64,000 nucleotides of DNA from an uncultured bacterium (GTDB lineage Bacteria; Babelota; Babeliae; Babelales; Vermiphilaceae). Where the stretch lies: contig OY968764.1 in NCBI GenBank assembly GCA_963695335.1, positions 480,001 through 544,000 on the forward strand, in the 5' to 3' direction. The position numbers and the translations under genes are program-made. Shown one piece after another: positions 10,497-20,032 of the stretch (positions within the stretch are counted from its first letter, which is position 1; every line of letters starts with the position of its first letter). The notes below the pieces were generated by a model. It ran no database searches. It saw only the letters and a program-made list of their open reading frames with translations, and was not told the DNA's origin.

Positions 10497-11204
10497 ATGA
10501 ATATGAAGCGATTGAAGTACAGTTTATTAGGTTTATTTTTTTGCGCACAGAGTGTAGATGTGTTGTGTTTTAATAATACGCCATCTACGTTTGGTAAAAC
10601 ACATTTTATCGTTGGATATGAAAAAAAACCAACGGTAATAAAAGATAAAAAACGACATGTATCTCATAAAAAACAACAGCCTTGTAACGATGTTTCTTGT
10701 CTTGATAAAAACCGTATTACGCAATCATTTTTTACGACCATTCACGATTTATCGCCGATCTTATTAGAATTGATGTCTGATACCAAGAGATGTTTACACA
10801 TTGCTGCATTCAGTTTAACTGATATGCGTATTGTTGATCATCTTAAAGATGCACATCAAAAAGGTATAGATGTTTGTATCATTACTGATGCAAGTAACAT
10901 GAAGCAGCTTCATAATAAAGTTCAGATATTAGTGAATGATGGAGTTGCGGTGTGGTATTATAAACCTTCGCTCAATCCTCACTATAAAAAAAGCGGTTTA
11001 TCAGAACCGTTTATGCATCATAAATTGATTGTAGCGGATGATTTTGTGGTGACAGGGTCAGCAAATTTTACTAAGGCAGGACAAAAAACGAATATTGAAA
11101 ATATAACCGTTTTAAGAGATCGGCAAACAATTGATGAATATCATGCTGAATTTGAACGTCTAAAAAAATATTGCGTTCAATGTACGCAACGATCTTTTGA
11201 ATAA
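10497..11204 (+). CDS. Phospholipase D-family protein with one HKD motif (Nuc/Zucchini-like), signal peptide
   Basis: MHHKLIVADD (HxKxxxxD) plus TGSANFT...NIEN. Confidence 0.88.
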   Translation: MNMKRLKYSLLGLFFCAQSVDVLCFNNTPSTFGKTHFIVGYEKKPTVIKDKKRHVSHKKQQPCNDVSCLDKNRITQSFFTTIHDLSPILLELMSDTKRCLHIAAFSLTDMRIVDHLKDAHQKGIDVCIITDASNMKQLHNKVQILVNDGVAVWYYKPSLNPHYKKSGLSEPFMHHKLIVADDFVVTGSANFTKAGQKTNIENITVLRDRQTIDEYHAEFERLKKYCVQCTQRSFE

Positions 11205-11348
11205 AAAATTGTTAAAAATAGTTTGGATAAAAATTGGAGAATGATTTAAGAAGGGGCTTCATTACTACAATTCCTTCTTAGCTCACCTCAATGCTACTGC
11301 GGATTAAAAAAAAATGCAAGAGTCAAAAATGAGAAAAATTTTTATTTT

Positions 11349-12344
11349 TTAAGAATTGTGTAATTGATTAATTAATTTCTGAAAATCATGAGGAAATTCA
11401 TCAGTAAATGCGTATTCTTTGTCTTCAAATACAAATGATAAACTTTCTGCATGAAGTGCTTGACGATTGATGAGTGGTGATTTTTTTCCATAGAGTTGAT
11501 CACCAACGATAGGGTGTCCAATTGCTTTCATATGAACACGAATTTGATGGGTGCGGCCGGTTGTCGGTTTTACTTCAATAAGGGATGTGTCTTTAAAAGA
11601 TTCTAAAACTTTATACTCTGTTTTTGCATGGCGAGTTTTGGTGCCTCCAACCTTGCCATCTGCACTGATATATTCTTCTTCAAAAGTTCTCATTTTGATG
11701 GGATTCATTGGGTCACGGCCTACCGCAAGTGTGATAGTGCCTTCTTTGGGAGGATGGCCATCAACAATAGCTTTGTATGTTTTTTGTATTTTTCTGTTTC
11801 TAAACAGTCCACCAATAATATTATGAGCATAGTTTGTGCGTGTGATGATCATAATCCCAGATGTTTCTTTATCAAGGCGGTGAATAATGCCAGGGCGGTC
11901 ACTCAGATCTGTTGCAGCAATGTCACCATGGTAATGACGTATCCAATCGGTGAGGCTTATTGCCGAACTGGCTGTGGATGTTGGGTGTACCAATAGATGT
12001 GCAGGTTTATGAATAATCATAAAATGTTCAGTGGCAGCAAGAACTGATACTCCTGTTGTTTTATCTAAAATAGTACTGAGAGGTGCAGTTTGTTGGGCTG
12101 GAAACTGTATTGTCACGGTATTGGTTGGGTGAACTAAGACACTTGGTTTTTTGGCAGGGGTATTGTTTATAGTGATGCCACCATTATCAATAATATGCTG
12201 AAAGTACGTGCGAGAGTAGTCAGGAAATAGGGTTGTCATGTAACGATCTATGCGGCAAGGGGTACTATTTTCTGCTACAGTAAAGGAAAATGTGCTTTCT
12301 GGAGCGATATGGCCATGAACCATTGAATTTCCTGATATGTTCAT
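11349..12344 (-). CDS. RluA-family (RluD-like) pseudouridine synthase
   Basis: S4-like N-terminus, HRLDKETSG, TGRTHQIRVH, GHPIVGD..YG and QALHA. Confidence 0.93.
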   Translation of the reverse strand: MNISGNSMVHGHIAPESTFSFTVAENSTPCRIDRYMTTLFPDYSRTYFQHIIDNGGITINNTPAKKPSVLVHPTNTVTIQFPAQQTAPLSTILDKTTGVSVLAATEHFMIIHKPAHLLVHPTSTASSAISLTDWIRHYHGDIAATDLSDRPGIIHRLDKETSGIMIITRTNYAHNIIGGLFRNRKIQKTYKAIVDGHPPKEGTITLAVGRDPMNPIKMRTFEEEYISADGKVGGTKTRHAKTEYKVLESFKDTSLIEVKPTTGRTHQIRVHMKAIGHPIVGDQLYGKKSPLINRQALHAESLSFVFEDKEYAFTDEFPHDFQKLINQLHNS

Positions 12345-12555
12345 ATTACATAAAATATGATTCTATTGATAAAAAATGTAACATAGTTCTTTATTTTAAT
12401 TGTCATATATAATACTCTTAAAGTCAAATGGCGATAATCCTAGTACATAGGGGTAATTGCTGGTTGCATCCGTTTAAAACAGCGTTTAGACTGATAATAA
12501 TTGGTGGTGAGTTGGCTCTTGTTCAAAAGGGCAAGCATGTATGAGGAGGTGAGCC

Positions 12556-13911
12556 ATGGATATAAAAGATTTACTCTATGGAATTCAAGAAAATATAGAT
12601 GGTGTGATTACTCATAAAAGCTCAGAGGGCGAAAAGCTCTGGCATGCTTTGCTTGATACTCATCCAGTTGATATTGCCGATATTTGTAAACAGTTGAATA
12701 AAGAAGATGTTGGTAAGCTTTATGAGGCGTTGCCGCATTCTATGAAGCTTGATCTTTTTCCTGAATTGTCAGACAAATTAAAAGTGTATGTTCTTTCTGT
12801 TTTAGATGACAATGAACAGGTTGAAGCTTTTCAGACGCTTTCTACTGATGAACTTACTGATCTTTTTGATATTTTTTCAGACGAAGAGCTTAAACGGTAT
12901 CTTGGTTCACTCAACAAACGTGTGCATGAAAAAGTAAGAAGAATGCTTAAGTTTGATCCAGAATCAGCAGCCGGTATTATGCATACGGATGTGATTACAT
13001 TGATGGAAGATTTTACTGTTGAAAAAAGTATTTCTTTGATGCAGCGATTACGACCAAGTAGAGATGTACACCAGCAGATGTTTGTGGTTAATAAAGATCA
13101 TCTTCTTGTTGGTTTTGTTTATTTAGAAGATTTAATTTTTAATAAACCGAATGTTCGTATTTCTTCTTTTATGCACAAAAATGAACTTATTGCACGAGCA
13201 GATGAAGATCGTGAAACAATTGCAAAAGCGATGGTGCATTATAATTTTACGACCGTTCCTGTTGTAGGAGCTGATGGTATTTTTCTTGGTGTTATTTCTG
13301 GCGATACGTTGATGGATGTTTTGGTTGAAGAAGCAGTGGAAGACGTTCAAAAGATGGCTGCTGTCACACCGCTTACTCGTCCTTATTTTGAAACCCCGTT
13401 TTTCCAATCTTTATATGAACGCAGTTATATTTTAGTGATACTTTTGCTTGCTGGTTCAGTTTCTACTACCATTATGCGTGTATATGAAGCAACGCTGACA
13501 GAAATGCTTTTAATGTTTGTTCCTATGCTCACGAGTGTTGGAGGTAATACAAGTAATCAGACATCAGCGGTTGCAATTTGTGGTATGGCTTCAGGTGAAT
13601 TTACACACAAAACTGCGAGAAGATTTTTACGGCGTGAATTAATGATGGCTTCTTTCTTATCTTTGATTCTTGGTGCTACATCATTTACGCGTGTGTATTT
13701 AACGAGTGGAGTGTTGTGGGAAAGTATTGTAGTCAGTTTAACATTGGCTATTATTGTTTTGGTTTCTGTGACGCTTGGCAGCGCAATGCCATTTGTTTTA
13801 AAGCGTTTTAATATCGATCCTGCATTCTCTGCAGGACCATTCTTGGCAACGATTATGGATATCGTTGGGATATTAATTTATTGCACAAGTATTAAACTTT
13901 TGCTTTTCTAA
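12556..13911 (+). CDS. mgtE: Magnesium transporter MgtE
   Basis: MgtE N-domain, CBS pair, GGNT..Q and DPA..AGPFLATIMD transmembrane motifs. Confidence 0.93.
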   Translation: MDIKDLLYGIQENIDGVITHKSSEGEKLWHALLDTHPVDIADICKQLNKEDVGKLYEALPHSMKLDLFPELSDKLKVYVLSVLDDNEQVEAFQTLSTDELTDLFDIFSDEELKRYLGSLNKRVHEKVRRMLKFDPESAAGIMHTDVITLMEDFTVEKSISLMQRLRPSRDVHQQMFVVNKDHLLVGFVYLEDLIFNKPNVRISSFMHKNELIARADEDRETIAKAMVHYNFTTVPVVGADGIFLGVISGDTLMDVLVEEAVEDVQKMAAVTPLTRPYFETPFFQSLYERSYILVILLLAGSVSTTIMRVYEATLTEMLLMFVPMLTSVGGNTSNQTSAVAICGMASGEFTHKTARRFLRRELMMASFLSLILGATSFTRVYLTSGVLWESIVVSLTLAIIVLVSVTLGSAMPFVLKRFNIDPAFSAGPFLATIMDIVGILIYCTSIKLLLF

Positions 13912-13942
13912 CTATATTTTTTAACAAAAATGTGAGAATTGC

Positions 13943-13971
13943 TTGACAAAACCGCTATATAATTATACCTT
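13943..13971 (+). promoter_or_regulatory. Probable sigma70 promoter of the tRNA pair
   Basis: TTGACA, 17-nt spacer, TACCTT, about 40 nt upstream of tRNA-Lys. Confidence 0.55.
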
Positions 13972-14012
13972 CTAATAGTGATTTAATTTGAAATATTGAT
14001 TTAAAAATTAGT

Positions 14013-14088
14013 GGGCCGCTAGCTCAGTCGGTAGAGCAACAGCCTTTTAAGCTGTGGGTCGTTGGTTCGAGTCCAACGCGGCTCACCA
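14013..14088 (+). tRNA. tRNA-Lys (anticodon UUU)
   Basis: Cloverleaf from GGGCCGC to GCGGCTCA-CCA; anticodon arm CAGC-CTTTTAA-GCTG; GTTCGA T-loop. Confidence 0.97.
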
Positions 14089-14118
14089 GTCTACGCCAAG
14101 GCTTCGTCTGGCTTCGCC
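14089..14118. repeat. Short palindromic element (CT(A/T)CGCCAAGGCTTCG family) directly after tRNA-Lys
   Basis: GTCTACGCCAAGGCTTCG; related to copies at 3528, 18325, 19977 and 61101. Confidence 0.7.
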
Positions 14119-14239
14119 AAAAAGGTGGAGTTAAGTTTGAGTCTGTCGAAAGATTTGGCACAGTCAATTAAAAAAGGCTGTGGTTTTTTATTTTTACCCA
14201 CTTATATCAGAATTCTAAGTCACCTTTCTTGAAATTTAT

Positions 14240-14317
14240 GTCCCTATCGTCTAGCCTGGTCTAGGACATCGCCCTTTCACGGCGAAAACAGGGGTTCAAA
14301 TCCCCTTGGGGATGCCA
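14240..14317 (+). tRNA. tRNA-Glu (anticodon UUC), integration target
   Basis: GTCCCTA/TGGGGAT acceptor stem plus G-CCA; anticodon arm TCGCC-CTTTCAC-GGCGA; GGTTCAAATCC T-arm. Confidence 0.96.
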
Positions 14318-15766
14318 TTGTATACAATCGAACGAATCTGCGATTAAATCGAATGGCGAAACAAGCTCCCAATGAACATTTTCACCACTTATCTTCAAGT
14401 TCGATAATACGGTTTTGATTAAAAGCCGTTTTTGCTGAACTTCTGAACTTATAAAAATATCATATGCTCTGTCTGCAAGCTTAAGCAGCATCTGTGCGGT
14501 AATATAGTAATTTGTCTCTGCTTCTTGAAGTTGCTCTAAACGAATGGCAATATCAGTTGCTTTGTCTTTGAGTGATGTGAAGAATTTGTCATAGTAGGCG
14601 TCAGTAATACTCCCTTTCAGTTTATCCATATAAAGATTATCCATCATCGTGGCAAGTGTGCTTTGTTCTTTTAATAACTTTTCATTTTCTTGTTTGTGGA
14701 ATTCAACTTTGTTTTTATGCACTTCAGTGAGAACATCCATCGTGTCTTGGAGAATGTTTTTTGGCATTTGTAGGCGTGCAAAGAGTTTGCTGATGCTTGC
14801 AGTAATTGTTTCTTCACGGAACCATGTTGCGCCATGTTTGCCTTTTGCTTGCGTGCAATGGTAATAAACATGGCCTTTTTGCCGTTCATGGGTTATTGCA
14901 AGACCGCAATCGCCGCAACGGATTAAACCGCGATATAAAATGTCTTCTTTGCCTTTGTAGCGTTGTAGGTTTTTTCCATTTCTTTTTCTAACTTCTTGTA
15001 CTTCCTGAAACAATGCTTGTGTAATGATGGGTGGATAATTATGAGGATATGATTTTCCATTCACGGTCATGATGCCGTAATAGAAGGTGTAATTGAACAT
15101 TTTATCAACATTGCTTGTGGACCATGCAAGGCCATAATCAGTGTTTATTTTTTTGCATAAGGTGGAAAAAGAAAATGCACCTGTTGCATACAATTCAAAT
15201 GCTTTGCGCACAACTTGTGAGCCAAATTCATCAACAATAATTGTTGTTTTGTCGCTACCTAATGAAATGTTTTTATACCCATAAGGCGCTTTTGCAGGCC
15301 ATTCACCTTTGCGTAACTTTTGTTCAATGGCACGTTTAACATTATCACTGATTGCATCGGAATAATATTTTGCTAACCCAAGGCTGATGCCAAATTGGAA
15401 CTTTTCAACAGCAGAAATATTACTGTTGATGATTTGCCCGTCGGAAATAAAATGTAATTCAAGTTGATCTCTGAGGGCTTTTTCATAAAGGGTGGAGATG
15501 CGTTTATCAAAGGTGTTGCGTGATAGTCTATCTACTTTATCGCAGCAGATAACAACTTTTTCTTTTTGATTGAGTGCATAATCAATAATTGCATCAAATT
15601 CAGAGCGGCTATTGGTATAAGCACTTTCATCAAAGCTGCAAGTGCGGAGTATACTAAAGCCTTTGTTGCGACAATATTGTTCAAGGCGACTTATCTGGGC
15701 AGGGAGTGAATTACCAGCTTCTTTTTGTTCTTCTGTGCTGACACGAGCTATCAGAATAGCTTTCAT
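14261..15766 (-). CDS. Large serine recombinase (resolvase, recombinase and zinc-ribbon domains)
   Basis: ARVSTEEQ catalytic Ser, DRLSR, APYGY, CGDCG...YYHC and coiled coil; last codons are the antisense of tRNA-Glu. Confidence 0.95.
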   Translation of the reverse strand: MKAILIARVSTEEQKEAGNSLPAQISRLEQYCRNKGFSILRTCSFDESAYTNSRSEFDAIIDYALNQKEKVVICCDKVDRLSRNTFDKRISTLYEKALRDQLELHFISDGQIINSNISAVEKFQFGISLGLAKYYSDAISDNVKRAIEQKLRKGEWPAKAPYGYKNISLGSDKTTIIVDEFGSQVVRKAFELYATGAFSFSTLCKKINTDYGLAWSTSNVDKMFNYTFYYGIMTVNGKSYPHNYPPIITQALFQEVQEVRKRNGKNLQRYKGKEDILYRGLIRCGDCGLAITHERQKGHVYYHCTQAKGKHGATWFREETITASISKLFARLQMPKNILQDTMDVLTEVHKNKVEFHKQENEKLLKEQSTLATMMDNLYMDKLKGSITDAYYDKFFTSLKDKATDIAIRLEQLQEAETNYYITAQMLLKLADRAYDIFISSEVQQKRLLIKTVLSNLKISGENVHWELVSPFDLIADSFDCIQWHPQGDLNPCFRRERAMS

Positions 15767-16008
15767 GGGATAAATCCTTTTGTTTATGGATATTTCGTAG
15801 ATTTGTCGATGATAGTGTAACAGAAGAAATGAGGATTGTTATTAGTATTATAATTGGAGCTTCAAGATGATAATAAATATAAACAACAAGATATGATGAA
15901 TATAACTTAATATATTTAATTATATTTTTATGTATTAAATTTACTTAATTACATTATTATGGCATTCTTTGTGTGCATTACAAAATACATAACAAAAAAG
16001 GTGCCCTC

Positions 16009-17196
16009 ATGAAAAATTCTCATCTAATTCTCACCCTATGTGCATTAAGCACATTGATATCTCACTCAATGCAACTTACTCTCAAAGCAAATCCTCACAA
16101 ACTTAAACAGATAAGATACATTACATCACAAAAGGAATCACAAACAACACCCACCAAGATAAAGAAACAAAAAAATAATCAATATAATAATTGTTGTATT
16201 ATTGAAGGAAAAGAACGAGTAAAAGACCTTGTGGTACAGACTTCAAATGCATTGCAATCACGCCTTAAGGAATTACAAACAACATTCACCAAGACAAAGA
16301 AACGAAACAGCAGTCAATGCAATAATTGTTGTATTGTTGAAAAAAAAGAGCAAATTAAAGATCTTGTGGTATATACTTCAAATTCATTGCAATCATGTTT
16401 TCCTACATATAACTCCAAATACGATTCCAAAGTTTTTGTTGAAGATTATGGTTGTCAAAGTTTACATATTGTATTCGGTATGACCCATGCTTGTTTTGCC
16501 GTTGCGACGCTTAACCCTATTGGCTTGATTCCAATTATTACGAATGCTGTAGCAATAAAATGTATTAAGTTAGATAGGGATCTTATTAATTCAGTAGAAC
16601 GACCTCAGTTAGCAACAGATTTGATATCTTATTTGAATGCGATTAATCGTGAGGGTTATCTTTCTATTCATAGGCTTTTTATCAGAAGAGATTGTATAGA
16701 AAATGAGATAAGAAATCATAAAAAAGTTAATACACAAACGCTTTCATCCCTTGATTTAAAAAACGCATTAAATAATTATAATGTAAAACTTATTGAGTTA
16801 GAAAAGTCAGAAGACATAATAAATAGTGAAATTCTTGAACCAATCTTACCTATTTTGAATAAGTATGAAAATGTAGATATTGAAAAATGTTTAACATATA
16901 CAGATACACTAAAGAGAACTGCGGCATTTAAAAGACGTTTACTTGTTGGTGGAAGTTTGGCTATTTATCTCTCCACTTTGGGTATCGTTGTGGATGGCAC
17001 TGACAATGTATTAATTGCATTCATAGCTACGTTATCTATGCTTGATTTAATAGGAACACCTTTAATAATGGATAATGATTTATCAGATAAGATGAATATT
17101 ATTTCGAATTGCCTAAAAATCTATAAAAATCATTTGGCAACAATACAAAACAATGCTTTTGTAAAAACATTAGAAAATAAAAAAAATATTGAGTAA
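16009..17196 (+). CDS. Cargo protein: signal peptide, internal Cys-containing repeat, two hydrophobic hairpins
   Basis: AAGGTG RBS; NNCCI.E.KE..KDLVV.TSN.LQS occurs twice; ORF open from 15973. Confidence 0.75.
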   Translation: MKNSHLILTLCALSTLISHSMQLTLKANPHKLKQIRYITSQKESQTTPTKIKKQKNNQYNNCCIIEGKERVKDLVVQTSNALQSRLKELQTTFTKTKKRNSSQCNNCCIVEKKEQIKDLVVYTSNSLQSCFPTYNSKYDSKVFVEDYGCQSLHIVFGMTHACFAVATLNPIGLIPIITNAVAIKCIKLDRDLINSVERPQLATDLISYLNAINREGYLSIHRLFIRRDCIENEIRNHKKVNTQTLSSLDLKNALNNYNVKLIELEKSEDIINSEILEPILPILNKYENVDIEKCLTYTDTLKRTAAFKRRLLVGGSLAIYLSTLGIVVDGTDNVLIAFIATLSMLDLIGTPLIMDNDLSDKMNIISNCLKIYKNHLATIQNNAFVKTLENKKNIE

Positions 17197-17222
17197 TGCC
17201 GAAAAATAATAGTGGTTAAACA

Positions 17223-17259
17223 ATTAAGGGTTATTGCAGATTATTGCATAGCCCTTAAT
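17223..17259. terminator. Hairpin between convergent cargo and rep genes
   Basis: ATTAAGGGTTA...TAGCCCTTAAT inverted repeat. Confidence 0.55.
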
Positions 17260-17276
17260 CATTGTTCAGTAACTTA

Positions 17277-18434
17277 TCAAATTTCTTTTGTGATAGGTTC
17301 AAATTTTTCTAAGCAATCCCTAATCACCTTAAATGAATTTGATGATATGGGTTGTTGAGTAATCGTAGTGTTTTTCATATCAGCAATTAAGCGGTACCAG
17401 CTACGTTTATTGTGTGCACCAAGCATAGTGCGTAGTTCACGAATGCTTATTTGATCCAATGCCAATTTCATTCCATAAAGCTGCAAAATACGGCGAGGGC
17501 TGAGGGTAGGATTATTAAAAATAAGAGCAACAAGAAGTTGTTTTGTGTTATTTGTTTTGAAATCCAACAACGGTGGGCGCATGCGTTCAATTTCATCAAG
17601 ATAATGCAGGAGTACTTTGCGTGCAATGTTTGTTTTGAAGAGTCCTTTAAAGGTCAGTTGAGCTTTAATATTCAGCATCTTTAAAATCTGTTGGATCTTG
17701 CGCCGATTATTCAAGCGTGCTTCCATGCGTAAAACTTCAAACATTTTTTTATTATGCAATTCATCGTAGAGGTGCAATTGAATTGCGTTATCTTTTTCTA
17801 ATGATCGTTTATCACTTTTTTTTGCATATTCAAGATCACGAATTTTATCATAAAAAACTAATTCATAAGAGTTACTATGCCATTTGTAGCTGTGGCCTTT
17901 ATTGCGGTAATCAGTTTGATTGATATCAAGAGAGAGTTTGATATTTGCTTGTTCAATTTTGCTGATGTAATGATACGGAATAGAACCATCAGTGAGTGGG
18001 ATATTTTTTGAAAAATGAATGCCGGAAACGGGTGCATTGATCAAATTTTCAATATCAGTTGCAACTCCCATGGTGTGTAATGTTGTGCATAATTTTTGTA
18101 CAAGATCAGGAAATTGTTTTTGTGTTAGTTCTTCAAAGTTGTTACCAAATAATAGTTTTGGCAATGATAGTTCAATTTTAAGCAACGTTTTTGGTGTTGA
18201 GAGTGGTGAGGGCCGTCTTAAAAGGGATAGACGAGGTTTATAATAACCTGTAGCTAATTCTTTTTTTGTCGGGTTTTGTTTGGAAGAAATGCCGCGCAAA
18301 GCATAGGTTTTATCGTTGATCTCGGTCTTCGAAGCTTTAGCGAAGTAGACCCATCGCGCAGAAGGCGTAAATAAATCAGGATTAGTAATTTCAAACAAGT
18401 CTTGCGTAAGGAGTAAAACGATCGTATCTATCAT
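17277..18434 (-). CDS. Rolling-circle replication initiator, phage gII/X (CRI)-like
   Basis: MIDTI start, IELSLPKLLFGNN, V..IHFSKN, LVFYDK (putative catalytic Tyr) and LRMEARL motifs. Confidence 0.7.
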   Translation of the reverse strand: MIDTIVLLLTQDLFEITNPDLFTPSARWVYFAKASKTEINDKTYALRGISSKQNPTKKELATGYYKPRLSLLRRPSPLSTPKTLLKIELSLPKLLFGNNFEELTQKQFPDLVQKLCTTLHTMGVATDIENLINAPVSGIHFSKNIPLTDGSIPYHYISKIEQANIKLSLDINQTDYRNKGHSYKWHSNSYELVFYDKIRDLEYAKKSDKRSLEKDNAIQLHLYDELHNKKMFEVLRMEARLNNRRKIQQILKMLNIKAQLTFKGLFKTNIARKVLLHYLDEIERMRPPLLDFKTNNTKQLLVALIFNNPTLSPRRILQLYGMKLALDQISIRELRTMLGAHNKRSWYRLIADMKNTTITQQPISSNSFKVIRDCLEKFEPITKEI

Positions 18435-18804
18435 TGCAATATCCCATGATGAAATCAATTATATTGCACGTAAGGATACGGGTAAATGCTTTGAAAAACA
18501 AGTCCCGCAGAGCGGTTCTTGATGAATTACTCATTGCGGGATATTTGATGTGGCAAGGCTTGCCCTTCATAGCTTTAGCGGAGTAGGGTTGGTGTTTTAT
18601 GGGCCTGTGGAAGCCGCAGCACCCAACTTCGCAAAAGCTTTGAGACTCAGCTTTTTTTGCTTTTGCCTTTTTTGGTGAACGTCTTTTATTTGCTGCACTT
18701 GTTTGCAGATTCACTTCTATAAGTAATGTGAATAAGTTTGCAACACGTGTTTTTTCTTCAACTGTTAAGACTCTAACAGATTTTATTGGTCGTAATCGAG
18801 CCAT
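18391..18804 (-). CDS. Small basic hypothetical protein upstream of rep
   Basis: GAGAG RBS; helical N-half (LTVEEKTRVANLFTLLIEVN); the C-half contains a palindromic repeat and may be degenerate. Confidence 0.55.
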   Translation of the reverse strand: MARLRPIKSVRVLTVEEKTRVANLFTLLIEVNLQTSAANKRRSPKKAKAKKAESQSFCEVGCCGFHRPIKHQPYSAKAMKGKPCHIKYPAMSNSSRTALRDLFFKAFTRILTCNIIDFIMGYCNDRYDRFTPYARLV

Positions 18805-19071
18805 ATAATACTCTCTATAATAAATAATGAAAATTATTTTGTTCGTAGTATGGCGTAAAATTACTGTGACAAGTTTTTTAGATTAATTGGGAACTGAGAC
18901 AGGAATTGTACGCCATAGTCATGATCTGCGTGAGATCACGTTCAATATCTATAATTGCGTACATGGTATTCCTTCCGTGGCCTTCGAAGCTTTATGCGTA
19001 GTAGGCAAAAAAATGATGCTATCATTACAACGATTGCTGCAATGATAGCATATAGTGCGAATAATGCAAAT

Positions 19072-19401
19072 TTATTTTCTGCTTGGTACAGGAATCTCAA
19101 GCGGGATGTATTGGCCGTGAAGTTCAACCATGATTTTTTTGGATCCAAGCCCTCTTAAGATTTTAAAGAAACTTTGCATACTAAAATCTGTTTTGCTTCC
19201 TGATCGCATTGCTTGCACAATAGTCGGAGATACTCCTGCCATTTTTGCAAGTTTTCTTACGGATATATTGTCTTTTGCCATAGCAGCAAGAATCAATTCA
19301 GACAAAAGAAGTTCTTTATATTCTTCATCAAATTTTTTACGTTCTTCTGGGCTTAATGATTCAATAAGTTCATCTACAGTTGATTTTACTTTTTTATTCA
19401 T
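19072..19401 (-). CDS. XRE-HTH antitoxin (HigA-like)
   Basis: ISVRKLAKMAGVSPTIVQAMRSG HTH; overlaps the stop of the upstream toxin. Confidence 0.8.
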   Translation of the reverse strand: MNKKVKSTVDELIESLSPEERKKFDEEYKELLLSELILAAMAKDNISVRKLAKMAGVSPTIVQAMRSGSKTDFSMQSFFKILRGLGSKKIMVELHGQYIPLEIPVPSRK

Positions 19402-19777
19402 AATATGTTCCTTCTTTAACTCTTTTAATATAGTTCTCTTTTGCTCTTAAAGCTTTTTCTTTTTCTTTTATAGGCATTTTTGCTGATTTTTTTTCATAGG
19501 CATTGGTTATAATAACTTTTGATCCATCAAAGAAAAAACAGAAAAATCTGTCTGGTGAAGATTTAAATACATATATTTGGTCTCCTTCATAACGAAATTT
19601 TTCTAGATTAAAAACTTTTCCTGTGTTTCCAAGTAATAAAAAAAGGCGTGCGAGTTTCTTTTGACGATCATCAGGTAAATTTTTGAAATGAGCTAAAGGT
19701 TCACTTTTTCCCTTATCATTAAAATACCATTCAATGATATATTCTTTACCTTCACATGCTACAATCTTTTTCTTCAT
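19394..19777 (-). CDS. RelE/ParE-superfamily (Gp49/HigB-like) toxin
   Basis: IEWY...GKSE, IYVFK...RFFCFF...IITNAYEKKS.K.P..E pattern; toxin-first gene order. Confidence 0.85.
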   Translation of the reverse strand: MKKKIVACEGKEYIIEWYFNDKGKSEPLAHFKNLPDDRQKKLARLFLLLGNTGKVFNLEKFRYEGDQIYVFKSSPDRFFCFFFDGSKVIITNAYEKKSAKMPIKEKEKALRAKENYIKRVKEGTYYE

Positions 19778-19824
19778 TAAGCACTCGATTTTTTTATGGG
19801 TATTACTTTTTATTCATTATTAAA

Positions 19825-19844
19825 TGTATCATAAAAATGATACA
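19825..19844. promoter_or_regulatory. Probable TA operator
   Basis: Perfect inverted repeat TGTATCAT-AAAA-ATGATACA about 50 bp upstream of the toxin start. Confidence 0.6.
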
Positions 19845-20032
19845 AGCACAAGGATGATTATAATTTTGCACCTTCGTTCATTGTATATTTAACTCCGCAA
19901 ATAGCGTCTGTATCATGCTTAATGAGTATTTTATAGGGGCTGTTTGGTTCAGGAGAGCATGGTGAAGGGGATGCCAGTCTTCGCTCTAGCGAGCTTCGTA
20001 TGGCAAGCCAATCTTCGCAAATGATTGATATT

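Larger units (their letters stand above)
14308..19976. mobile_element. ~5.7 kb integrative element in the tRNA-Glu 3' end (serine recombinase, cargo, rolling-circle Rep, TA pair)
   Basis: 10-bp direct repeat GGGGATGCCA at 14308-14317 and 19967-19976; recombinase abuts the left end; the right copy is followed by the palindrome type that follows tRNA-Lys. Confidence 0.85.

Noticed and set aside
18942..19158. Two overlapping 67-68 aa ORFs downstream of the antitoxin
   Set aside because: They overlap the antitoxin and a palindromic repeat; a short membrane peptide cannot be excluded but is unsupported.
14308..19976. Complete inovirus prophage
   Set aside because: No Zot/pI-like ATPase and no small coat-protein genes inside the att boundaries.
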